Part shown: positions 10,133 to 18,862 of the stretch, in pieces | Position numbering within the stretch: the first letter of the stretch is position 1 | Layout: the number at the start of each line of letters is the position of its first letter | NCBI GenBank assembly: GCA_024275075.1 | Contig: JAJRZU010000050.1 | Location: forward strand, 1-50,090 | DNA: 50,090 nucleotides | From: Deltaproteobacteria bacterium | GTDB taxonomy: Bacteria; Desulfobacterota; JAJRXV01 | Direction: 5' to 3' | Notes under the pieces: generated by a model | Told to the model about the DNA's origin: nothing | What the model saw: the letters and a program-made list of their open reading frames with translations, nothing else | Databases searched by the model: none | Program-made: the position numbers and the translations under genes

Positions 10133-11116
10133 ATGGATCCAAAGAGTGAGCTTAAGCTAATTGAAGATATTTTAAGTAAAATAAATTCTAAGATGACCTC
10201 TGAAGAGCTGATAAGCTATGCATTGACAAAAATATGCAGCGTGTATGATTTTCTGTCTTGCGGTATCATTACTTATGATAAGATGACAGGCGATCTAAGG
10301 GTCAAAATATCAAAAGGATTAAGTCACCAGTTTGTAAAGACATTTCATGAGAAAAAGACGAAAGGTATTATCGAGGAAGTCTTAAAAAATGAAATGGCGC
10401 TTTTGATTAACAAAGACCACCCGCACTATAATAAAGAGGAATTTCGATTTGAACACGACTACGAAGTTCTATATGTAACGCCATTAAGAATCGGTGGCGA
10501 AGTCATCGGCGCTATTTATTTCGATTCCACGAACAAAGATATGTTCTCAGAGAGCGACTTGAATTTCCTAAGTGATTTCGCCAATATATGCGCGCTGGTA
10601 ATCGACCACACTAACCTGCTCGACTATATTGTCAAAACGTCTGATCATGACAGTCTCACCGGCCTTTATAGCTACAAATATTTCCATGAGGCGTTAGACC
10701 GGGAGATGATGCACGCGAAGAGGGCAGATTATCCGGTGGCTCTGTTCTTAGCTTCTATCGGGCACTTAGGCGACTATAATTCAGTTTTCGGGCATATCGC
10801 CGGCGACCAGGCTGTCATCACTACCGCGAATATAATCAAAGAGTGTATCAGGAGTAACGATATCCCTGCAAGGTACGGGAATAAATTTATTATCATCTTC
10901 CCTGAATCTGACGCTCAGGGAGTCAGCCAGCTTGCAGAAAGGATCTGTAAAAGGATGGATGATGAGGCATTTAAGGGGAAGGCCCCAAAACCGACTCTGC
11001 GGATCGGCATAGCAAGCTTCCCAAGAGACGGCATGGAGGAGCAAGAGCTCATTACTCATGCCGAGAGGAACTTGTTTGAGGCAAAACGCAGGGGTGGCAA
11101 TAGTTATGTTTACTAA
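10133..11116 (+). CDS. GAF + degenerate GGDEF protein
   Basis: GAF (PLRIGGEVIGAIYFD); DSLTGLY and GHIAGD present; active-site loop is RYGNKF; RxxD (RSND) retained. Confidence 0.85.
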   Translation: MDPKSELKLIEDILSKINSKMTSEELISYALTKICSVYDFLSCGIITYDKMTGDLRVKISKGLSHQFVKTFHEKKTKGIIEEVLKNEMALLINKDHPHYNKEEFRFEHDYEVLYVTPLRIGGEVIGAIYFDSTNKDMFSESDLNFLSDFANICALVIDHTNLLDYIVKTSDHDSLTGLYSYKYFHEALDREMMHAKRADYPVALFLASIGHLGDYNSVFGHIAGDQAVITTANIIKECIRSNDIPARYGNKFIIIFPESDAQGVSQLAERICKRMDDEAFKGKAPKPTLRIGIASFPRDGMEEQELITHAERNLFEAKRRGGNSYVY

Positions 11117-11117
11117 A

Positions 11118-11219
11118 GTGAACTGCCATGCGGCAGGCTGTCAGGGAATCAGGTTTAAAATCTCGCAGCGGGCTGTGGGGAATGAAATCCGCAGAAAAAA
11201 ACAGGGCGCCCTGTTCAAG
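11118..11219 (+). repeat. Hairpin repeat family A, diverged double-stem copy
   Basis: AGTGAACTGCCATGCGGCAGGCTGTCAGGGAATC...CTCGCAGCGGGCTGTGGGGAATGAAATCCGCAGAAAAAAACAGGGCGCCCTGTTCAA. Confidence 0.75.
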
Positions 11220-11948
11220 TGTTTGATATTGTTCCTATTCATTTTGTCGGCAACCGCCTGTCATGCCGAAGTAAAACCTGACAGTTCAAACGTAGTAAAC
11301 GATGTCTCAGAGCTTAAAGACCTCTATGAAACAATAATTCCGGTCGGTTCATACGCACCAAGCTTCAAATTAAAGGACCTGGCCGGCAGGGTTTGGGATG
11401 CAGAAACCTTTTTAAAGAAACAAGTCACTATTCTCTACTTCTGGTCGGCTTTCTGTCCGTATTGTAAAGAATCGTTACCAAAGCTTAACAAACTGAATGA
11501 AAAATATAGGCAAAAAGGGTTAAAGGTCCTGGCCATAAACCTTGACGGTCGGGATTTCTCCAATGCCATTATATCTTTTTTGACTGATAGTAAAATAAAG
11601 CTTACCGTTCCTTTAGATGAACTGTATGAGCAGAAGTTCTTTACCGCCGGTGACCCGTACGGTGTAAACAAGACGCCTACGATATTTTTGGTCGATAAAA
11701 GCGGGAAGATTATATATGAAGCTGAAGTCGATATAGATTACCCGTTCTTAGAGAAATTGATACAGGAGAACACAAAGAACGTAAAGCAGAAGGTAATGAT
11801 AATAGTGATCGCTTTTGTTATTTTGATTCTCTTATCTATTATCGTCTTTATTTTCTTTATACGACCTAACATGATCCAGAATAAAATAATTGATGACCTT
11901 AAAAGGAGAACGCATGATGAGATTAAAAATGAGAGCAGTAGTTCTTAG
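11175..11948 (+). CDS. TlpA-family redoxin with C-terminal TM anchor (start uncertain: GTG 11175 or TTG 11223)
   Basis: APSFKLKDLAG, YFWSAFCPYC, TPTIFLVDKSG; hydrophobic C-terminal helix. Confidence 0.8.
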   Translation: MGNEIRRKKQGALFKCLILFLFILSATACHAEVKPDSSNVVNDVSELKDLYETIIPVGSYAPSFKLKDLAGRVWDAETFLKKQVTILYFWSAFCPYCKESLPKLNKLNEKYRQKGLKVLAINLDGRDFSNAIISFLTDSKIKLTVPLDELYEQKFFTAGDPYGVNKTPTIFLVDKSGKIIYEAEVDIDYPFLEKLIQENTKNVKQKVMIIVIAFVILILLSIIVFIFFIRPNMIQNKIIDDLKRRTHDEIKNESSSS

Positions 11949-12447
11949 TATTGTCGCAGTTCTTTTGGTATTTTCTTTTGCACCGAATTCTTCTTTTGCG
12001 ATTTGTATGAAGAAGGGTGACGTGGCGCCTGAGTTTGTATTAAGTGATATAGACGGTAATATAGTGAAACTATCTGATTATAGAGGTAAAGTCGTTCTCT
12101 TGACTTTCTGGGCTACATGGTGCGCGAAGTGCTGGGAAGAGATAGATTTCATTCAGACATCCCTTGAAAAAACTGAAGACCTCGCTATCATTCTCATCAA
12201 TATGGAGACCAGGTCACTCTCTGAGGCGCACCTGAAAAAGATAAAGACCACAGTCAGAGAGCTGGACATCAAGTTCCCGGTACTCCTTGACCTGAAACTC
12301 AAGGCATATAAAGATTATTGCATATCTTCGCTGCCATCTACCGCTATTGTTGATAGAGAGGGTATCATCCAGTTTGCCGGCCCTCATTTCTATAAAGCGT
12401 ACAGGGAGAAGATAAACAATGTTATCAAAGAGTTAAGCGCAAAATAG
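11914..12447 (+). CDS. TlpA/ResA-family thiol-disulfide oxidoreductase (paralogue of 9546)
   Basis: RBS AGGAGA; GDVAPEFVL, LSDYRGKVVLLTFWATWCAKC. Confidence 0.9.
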   Translation: MMRLKMRAVVLSIVAVLLVFSFAPNSSFAICMKKGDVAPEFVLSDIDGNIVKLSDYRGKVVLLTFWATWCAKCWEEIDFIQTSLEKTEDLAIILINMETRSLSEAHLKKIKTTVRELDIKFPVLLDLKLKAYKDYCISSLPSTAIVDREGIIQFAGPHFYKAYREKINNVIKELSAK

Positions 12448-12452
12448 AAACC

Positions 12453-13442
12453 ATGCAAATCGGTGATCTTTACCTTGATAACAACTTCTTCTTAGCGCCG
12501 CTTGCCGGTATCTCCAACCTGCCGTTTCGACTGCTTAACAAAGATTATGGCTGCGCATTGGTCTACACAGAAATGATCAGCGTGCAAGGGCTCATAAGGC
12601 GCGGGAAAAAAACATTTAACCTCATGATCTCTGACGAAAGGGAGAAACCTGTAACGTTTCAGATTTTCGGGTCTGATCCGGCGGCGCTGGCTGACGCGGC
12701 AAAGATATGCGAGGAGCGCGGCGCGGACATAATCGATATCAACATGGGCTGCCCGGTAAAGAAAGTGGTGAGGAACGGCGCCGGCGCCGCCCTGCTAAGC
12801 GACCCTGACAAAGTAAGAAGCATCATCAAAAGCGTAAGAAATTCAATCAATATACCGCTTACAATAAAATTGCGGTTAGGTCTTGACCACACAAGCCTGA
12901 CCTACCTGAAAATCGCGGCGATCGCAGAGGCCCAGGGCGCCGACGCGATATGCCTGCACCCGCGCACAAAGAACCAGGGCTTCAAAGGTGAGATAGACAC
13001 CGATGCCTTGAAAACACTCAAACAGAGCGTAAAGGTTCCGGTCATCGGGAGCGGCAACCTCTTCACCGCAGACGACGCGCGGGAGATGCTCGCCAAAACA
13101 GGCTGCGATGCCGTGATGTTAGCCAGGGGCGCGCTCGGGAACCCGTTCATCTTCGAAGAGCTCATCGCGAACAGCGCCACCCACCCCCATCAAGGAAGGG
13201 GGACAGGATTGACCCCGATGCAGAGCACAGGGGAACGCTTTCGGTTGAAGAAAGTTATTCTTAAACATATCGACTACTTCCTGGAATTTTACAATGAGAA
13301 AAAATGCCACAAAGAGATGAAAAAGCACCTGCTCTGGTACACAAAAGGGTTGCAGGGAAGCTCGGAATTCAGGCAAAAAGTCGTCCATTCAGATGACCTT
13401 CCCCAGATGCGCCGCCTGCTCGACGATTACCTCGGCGCTTGA
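12453..13442 (+). CDS. dusB: tRNA-dihydrouridine synthase B
   Basis: LAPLAG, YTEMIS, DINMGCPVKKV, HPRT and ARGALGNP motifs. Confidence 0.92.
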   Translation: MQIGDLYLDNNFFLAPLAGISNLPFRLLNKDYGCALVYTEMISVQGLIRRGKKTFNLMISDEREKPVTFQIFGSDPAALADAAKICEERGADIIDINMGCPVKKVVRNGAGAALLSDPDKVRSIIKSVRNSINIPLTIKLRLGLDHTSLTYLKIAAIAEAQGADAICLHPRTKNQGFKGEIDTDALKTLKQSVKVPVIGSGNLFTADDAREMLAKTGCDAVMLARGALGNPFIFEELIANSATHPHQGRGTGLTPMQSTGERFRLKKVILKHIDYFLEFYNEKKCHKEMKKHLLWYTKGLQGSSEFRQKVVHSDDLPQMRRLLDDYLGA

Positions 13443-13516
13443 ACCCTAATAGAAGACTCCTGCACAGCCTCCCAAAGTTCCCTCCCCCTTTGATTGCCGG
13501 ATTAATAGGTAAAGCG

Positions 13517-14692
13517 TCAGCTTGAAATCTTGTCCAAAAAACTCGCGCCCGGTATATCACCGGTTATACCGAATATCTCGGCGATAGTTGCCGCGATATC
13601 GCTTATGGAGTCCCTTACGCCAAGGCTTTCCCCGTTCTCATTCGCTTTGCAATACGCGAGCAAGGGTACATATTCCCGCGAGTGGTCGGTGCTCTTTGTC
13701 GTCGGGTCGCAGCCGTGATCGGCGGTTATCAGAAGAAGGTCGCCAGCGGTCAGGGTCTTTGTAACCCCGCCCAGCCACGAGTCAAACTCCTCTAACGCGC
13801 GGGCATAACCCTTAGCGTTGTTCCGGTGCCCGTATACCATGTCAAACTCCACCAGATTGGTGAAGATGAGCCCTGTATCGTACTTTGCAATGCACTCCGC
13901 AGTCACTTCCATACCGTCTATGTTGCTTTTGGTGTGGATCGCGCGGGTAAGCCCTTGTTTCGCAAAGATATCCTCGATCTTCCCGATACCGATGACGTTC
14001 GCACCGCAGGACTTCAACATATCAAGGATAGTCCGCTTAGGGGGCAATATAGAAAAATCGCGCCGATCAGCCGTCCGGTAGAAGCTGCCCGGCTCCCCCA
14101 TGAACGGGCGCGCGATCACGCGGCCGATCATGAACTTATCGCAGAGCCTGCGGGCGATCCGGCAGATCTCGTAGAGCCTGTCAAGTGGTATCGCGTCACC
14201 GTGCGCGGCGATCTGGAATACGCTGTCCGCCGAAGTGTAGACTATCGGGCAGGCCGTCCTAAGATGCTCTTCGCCGAGCTCCTCGATGATCTCAGTCCCT
14301 GATGCGGCGTAATTGCCTAATATGTCACTGTTTATCTCGGCCTTAAACGCTTCGATCAGCCCATCAGGGAAACCGTCATGGTAGACAGTAAATGGAGTGT
14401 CAAGTATGATACCCGCCATCTCCCAGTGACCGGTAGTCGTGTCCTTCCCCGAAGAACGCTCACCCATCTTGCCATAAAAACCGACCGGCGCCGCCACTTT
14501 CGCGACGCCCTTTATGTCGGTGATGTTACCAAGCCCTAAGCGCCGCATGTTCGGCAGGTTCAGGCCGCCAGCCGCCGCCGCTGTGTGCACAAAGGTATTG
14601 GTTCCTGCGTCACCATACGAACCGGCGTCGGGCAGGGCGCCGATACCAGCGCTGTCCAACACTATCAGGATAACCTTCTTTATCACAACCAA
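13517..14692 (-). CDS. deoB: Phosphopentomutase
   Basis: LDSAGIG, GKDTTTGHWE, YTSADSVFQIAAH, YGHR, TADHGCDPT and TDHSREYVP motifs. Confidence 0.97.
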   Translation of the reverse strand: MVVIKKVILIVLDSAGIGALPDAGSYGDAGTNTFVHTAAAAGGLNLPNMRRLGLGNITDIKGVAKVAAPVGFYGKMGERSSGKDTTTGHWEMAGIILDTPFTVYHDGFPDGLIEAFKAEINSDILGNYAASGTEIIEELGEEHLRTACPIVYTSADSVFQIAAHGDAIPLDRLYEICRIARRLCDKFMIGRVIARPFMGEPGSFYRTADRRDFSILPPKRTILDMLKSCGANVIGIGKIEDIFAKQGLTRAIHTKSNIDGMEVTAECIAKYDTGLIFTNLVEFDMVYGHRNNAKGYARALEEFDSWLGGVTKTLTAGDLLLITADHGCDPTTKSTDHSREYVPLLAYCKANENGESLGVRDSISDIAATIAEIFGITGDIPGASFLDKISS

Positions 14693-14732
14693 ACCACAGC
14701 CCCCCCCCTAAATAACCGAATATTCTATTTTT

Positions 14733-14760
14733 ATTATACATTTTATTCTTAGATCGTCAA
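14733..14760 (-). promoter_or_regulatory. Sigma70-like promoter for deoB
   Basis: Minus strand TTGACG-16 nt-TATAAT. Confidence 0.6.
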
Positions 14761-14814
14761 GTGGCAAGGATGTGGAGTCACCCCTTTTTTTGGGGAACTT
14801 CTGGGAAGGGCGGC

Positions 14815-15453
14815 CTATACCGCTTCCCAGAAGTCGTCGAATGGGCAGTATTTACCGGCTCCTTTGTAGAGTGTTTTGTGAGAGGCTATTTTCCCATCCT
14901 TCTTCAGCTCGTTCTTTATATCGACTACAAGCGCGTAATTCGCGAGGAATTTCAGCAATATCGGGTCGGTTATGAGTATGTTGAAGCTGTCTGCGCCGTA
15001 CCCCCATTTAAGCGTCTTCAGGACTCTCTTTGCTTTGACAAAGCGCAGGTATAACAGGTAGTTCACTTTTTCGGTCTGTGTTAATGAGGTGAGCCTTCGG
15101 TTGCATACAGTCTCCTTTGCGCATGAGAGGCAACAGTCGTACCCGTTTAAAATCGCCTTCTTCGATGATGACACCTTTTCAGAGAGGATCATATCGTTTA
15201 ATGATTCCATATCGTTAGCGGAAATAAGGTATTTCAGGAGGTCAAAATAATTCACCTTTTTCGCAACTGCGTGTAATATATTAAGAATGGAGCGTTTCAA
15301 GGCATCAGGTTTGTGAAGTTTCTTTTGCGCGAGGTAATAGTAGAGCGAGTTCTTCTCTTCATCAAGGAAGGGCGTAAGGTTATTCTTTAACCTCTGATAT
15401 GGTTTTGTGAGGCTTTGATTTATCGTTATCATAGTGTGTTTCAAGCTTGTCAT
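14815..15453 (-). CDS. Hypothetical protein with Cys cluster (CCLSC..C, CPFDDF); start uncertain
   Basis: 212-aa ORF filling the gap between the DGC and deoB; overlaps the DGC 3' end. Confidence 0.6.
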   Translation of the reverse strand: MTSLKHTMITINQSLTKPYQRLKNNLTPFLDEEKNSLYYYLAQKKLHKPDALKRSILNILHAVAKKVNYFDLLKYLISANDMESLNDMILSEKVSSSKKAILNGYDCCLSCAKETVCNRRLTSLTQTEKVNYLLYLRFVKAKRVLKTLKWGYGADSFNILITDPILLKFLANYALVVDIKNELKKDGKIASHKTLYKGAGKYCPFDDFWEAV

Positions 15454-16483
15454 ACCTGGTGGTGCAGTTCTTGCCGGTGCGCTTACCGTAATACAAAGCC
15501 TCGTCGCTCCTTCTGATGAGCTCGTCCTTATCTAATGCGTCTATCGGGTATGAGGCGATACCAAGGGTTACTGTCACATCACTATCCGCATCTTCAAAAA
15601 AGCCTTTTGTGTCGGTAATGATGCTATTTCGTATCCGCTCTGCGACTACGTATGCGGACTCGATGTCGATCTCGGGCAGGATTATCGCAAACTCCTCCCC
15701 GCCGTACCTTGAAGCGCAGTCCACCTCCCTGATCGACTTTTGAATACTCTTTGACACTTTCTTTAGTATCTTATCGCCGATCTGATGGCCATGGCGGTCA
15801 TTGAGCTTCTTAAAATCATCTATGTCAAGTAAAATGAGCGATGTATACAGGTTATACCTCTTTGCCCTCGCCACCTCGTCCTCTAACGCTTCCTGGAAGT
15901 AGCGGTGGTTGTAAAGGTTTGTAAGGCCGTCGGTAATGGCGAGCTTAAATGTCTCTTCATGCAGCTTCGCGTTGTCTATGGACATTGCGGCGAATGACGA
16001 GAGGATGGATAGCAGCCTTAAACTATTTTTAGAGAACTTACGCTTCTTGAAATCGTCGACGTACAAAATCCCGACGATCTTGTCATGGAAGATAAGCGGC
16101 GCAGCGACTAACGCCTCAATCCCCTCCGCTTTCGCAAGAGGATTGTTAAAATAACGCCGCCGCTTAGTATCATCAATGATTACAGGATATTTGTTCCTCA
16201 GGATCTTTTCCGTGAGCCCGCCCTTCCTCACCGGCCATGACTTCTGCGTCATGAACTCCTTGCTGAAACCCTTAGCGGCGTGAATTATCATCATGTTGCT
16301 CTCTTCATCATACAACGCTATGCTGCCAGAAGGCGTATCGGCAATATCCATCGCGCTTCTTAAGATAGAGGAGAGTACCTTGTCTAAGTCTAAGGTCGAG
16401 ACAACTGTTTTGGCGATCTCGAACAGGTCAGTTAATTCCTTGACTTCTCTAATGAGTTTTTCATCTTTTGATTGATCTGTCAT
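15380..16483 (-). CDS. GAF-domain diguanylate cyclase (predicted active)
   Basis: DGLTNLYN, LDIDDFK, GHQIGD, REVD I-site, RYGGEEF. Confidence 0.93.
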   Translation of the reverse strand: MTDQSKDEKLIREVKELTDLFEIAKTVVSTLDLDKVLSSILRSAMDIADTPSGSIALYDEESNMMIIHAAKGFSKEFMTQKSWPVRKGGLTEKILRNKYPVIIDDTKRRRYFNNPLAKAEGIEALVAAPLIFHDKIVGILYVDDFKKRKFSKNSLRLLSILSSFAAMSIDNAKLHEETFKLAITDGLTNLYNHRYFQEALEDEVARAKRYNLYTSLILLDIDDFKKLNDRHGHQIGDKILKKVSKSIQKSIREVDCASRYGGEEFAIILPEIDIESAYVVAERIRNSIITDTKGFFEDADSDVTVTLGIASYPIDALDKDELIRRSDEALYYGKRTGKNCTTRYDKLETHYDNDKSKPHKTISEVKE

Positions 16484-16510
16484 AGTTTTAACCTTGAGAA
16501 TACAATTATA

Positions 16511-16538
16511 ATTATACTACATAATAACTGTTTGTCAA
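16511..16538 (-). promoter_or_regulatory. Sigma70 promoter for the DGC
   Basis: Minus strand TTGACA-16 nt-TATAAT (consensus hexamers). Confidence 0.7.
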
Positions 16539-16560
16539 ATGCAATATTTGTTTGTGATAT

Positions 16561-17007
16561 TTATTTGTGACCAGTATGGCCAAATCCCCCGCTACCTCTG
16601 CCCGTCTCCTCAAGGTCATCTGTCTGAATAATCTTTGGTCTGAATACCTGACTTATCACCATCTGCGCAAGCCTTAAGCCCCTTGAAATCACATAAGGCT
16701 CACCACCATGATTGATCATCAATGTCATTATCTCGCCGCGGTAGTCCGCGTCGATCGTACCCGGTGAATTTACTAACGTTATCCCATGCTTATATGCTAT
16801 ACCGCTACGTGGGCGGATCTGCGCTTCATACCCCGCCGGCAGTGATATCGCGATACCGGTCGGCACCATTGCGCGCTTGCCAGGCATCAATAAAATATCC
16901 TCCTCATTCGCACTGTACAAATCCATTCCCGCCGCCGCATCTGACATATACTTTGGCAGTATCGCGCACTCACGTAATTTCTTTACTTTCAGCACTAACG
17001 CCCCCAA
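16561..17007 (-). CDS. dut: dUTP diphosphatase
   Basis: [23 protein letters not shown] and [10 protein letters not shown] motifs. Confidence 0.97.
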   Translation of the reverse strand: MGALVLKVKKLRECAILPKYMSDAAAGMDLYSANEEDILLMPGKRAMVPTGIAISLPAGYEAQIRPRSGIAYKHGITLVNSPGTIDADYRGEIMTLMINHGGEPYVISRGLRLAQMVISQVFRPKIIQTDDLEETGRGSGGFGHTGHK

Positions 17008-17378
17008 TACTCTACCCTTGCTTCCTAATGTGATTTACGCACACCATTACTTATACCTGTGTTAGTAATTAAAGTTACACTACAGGTCACAGCCTGACCT
17101 GACAGTAAACGCCCGCCCACTTATAAAGCGGATTTCATGCTTATTAAATATACATTTATCTGCCTATATTTAGCACAGAACAACAATAAAATAAACAAAA
17201 ATAATTAAAAAATACAATAGAAAAATAAGTTTAATTACCGACAATTTACATCCATTTTAGCGCGCAAGAAATACGCCGTATAAGTACATGTATTTACACA
17301 TGAAATAAGTATGCGCTTTACATTTATTAAATTGTACGATATTTATATAATGCAATTTCATTCAAAGGGGGATAGGCA

Positions 17379-18599
17379 ATGAGTAAGAGGAAACCGGTAT
17401 TCAACGTGCACTGCCATCTGCTGAATTTCAGGTTCGTACCAGACAAGATGACTAAGCTGCTCGCGCATATACCTGAGGATATCGCCGATGATGACTGGTT
17501 CGGGGTCGCCGCCGGCTTCCTTTTTAACGTGATTCCCGGCCCCAGATATAACCGGATCCGGAGCTTTTTGAAGACGTACAAGAAGAGTATCCACAAGGTG
17601 GCGCAGGATTATGTCAAAAAGAGCATGAAAAACGCCCGGATAGATATATGCGTCCCGTTGATGATGGATCTTGAGCAGGCTTCTAGGGAGCCGAAAGATG
17701 TAAACGTCCCTTATTACAGGGGAAACGGCGAGAGTCAGATCTCGCTGATCTCAGAGCAGGTACGCAGGTTCCCATGGCGGGTCTTCCCGTTTATCATGTT
17801 TGACCCAAGGCGGCAGGACGCGGACAAAATCTGCATCGACGCTTTGCGAAACAAAGGGTTCATCGGTATCAAGATGTACCCCGCGCTCGGGTACAGTCCG
17901 TCATGCCGCGTGCTGAAAAAGACGAGCCCCGCCGCAGCGGTAAGGCTCGGTAATCTCTACAAATACTGCGGTGATAATCAGGTGCCGATAACGGCTCACG
18001 CGTCCGTGGGCGGAGCGTACTCCACTGAGCGTGACTCAAACCGCGAGCTGGATGTCTGGCCGCTTACCGAGGTATCGAACTGGATTGACCCGATCTTGGA
18101 ACACAATCTGAAGATAAATTTCGCGCACCTCGGCGGCAACTACATGCACGATACCGATTCAAAGCGTGTCCAGTCCGCCACGTGGCGCAGGCAGATCCTT
18201 AACCTCATCGCAAGATCGCGAAATGAAAAGGGTTTCGGTACGGTTTTCAGTGACATATCCTTTCATGATATGGCGCTCGGCGGCGATAAGAGGAGATATT
18301 TTCGCGAGTTGATAACGCTGATGAAAAACAGCGATTATTCGCCGGGTATCCTGTTTGGCACCGATTCCAGCATGATCAGCCATACATGGTCGGAAAGCGA
18401 TTACATCAAACCGTTCAGGAAGTACCTGCCGCCAAAGATGCAGACGCGTATCTTTTGCGACAACCCGACATCGTTCCTGTTCGATAACGCACGGATACCA
18501 GATGCTTACGTCAAGTTCCTGAAGAGCCGGCTGGGTGACCCGCTACCGGAAAAAGATTGGATTATAAAGAAAAACGGTAAGTACTACATCGTGACGTAG
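17379..18599 (+). CDS. Amidohydrolase-family (Amidohydro_2-like) metallohydrolase
   Basis: N-terminal HCH, FDPR, GFIGIKMYPALGY, PITAH, INFAHLGG, SDIS and LFGTD motifs. Confidence 0.8.
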   Translation: MSKRKPVFNVHCHLLNFRFVPDKMTKLLAHIPEDIADDDWFGVAAGFLFNVIPGPRYNRIRSFLKTYKKSIHKVAQDYVKKSMKNARIDICVPLMMDLEQASREPKDVNVPYYRGNGESQISLISEQVRRFPWRVFPFIMFDPRRQDADKICIDALRNKGFIGIKMYPALGYSPSCRVLKKTSPAAAVRLGNLYKYCGDNQVPITAHASVGGAYSTERDSNRELDVWPLTEVSNWIDPILEHNLKINFAHLGGNYMHDTDSKRVQSATWRRQILNLIARSRNEKGFGTVFSDISFHDMALGGDKRRYFRELITLMKNSDYSPGILFGTDSSMISHTWSESDYIKPFRKYLPPKMQTRIFCDNPTSFLFDNARIPDAYVKFLKSRLGDPLPEKDWIIKKNGKYYIVT

Positions 18600-18665
18600 C
18601 TGCCCACCGGGGAAGTACGCCAGAGATTAAATTTGATGATAACGTGGGTAATGAATAGATGTTTT

Positions 18666-18694
18666 TGTTGCGCTTCGTACCTCAGCGCAACCTA
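18666..18694 (-). repeat. GTAG-type REP-like palindrome
   Basis: Minus strand GTAG-GTTGCGCTGAGGTACGAAGCGCAAC. Confidence 0.65.
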
Positions 18695-18862
18695 CCCGAC
18701 TCTTTATTTCATTTAAGCTTAATGCCATTAATAATTATTGTACTTTTGCTTGGTTATGAAGCTTTACAGTGATAGAATCAATGAAAACAATGTAACATAT
18801 ATAATTGTTTATTATCAAGTAAAAACGATTTGAAAACCGTCAACCCTTAACAAACCCGACCT

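Noticed and set aside
9546-12447. Selenocysteine-containing redoxins
   Set aside because: All three active sites are ordinary CxxC with no in-frame TGA.
15380-16483. Hypr-type cGAMP synthase
   Set aside because: The base-specificity Asp (GHQIGD) is retained, consistent with an ordinary c-di-GMP cyclase.
17084-17102. CAGGTCA-N5-TGACCTG hairpin as an ncRNA or terminator
   Set aside because: Isolated 7-bp stem with no U-tract and no other support; it could be an operator but cannot be assigned.
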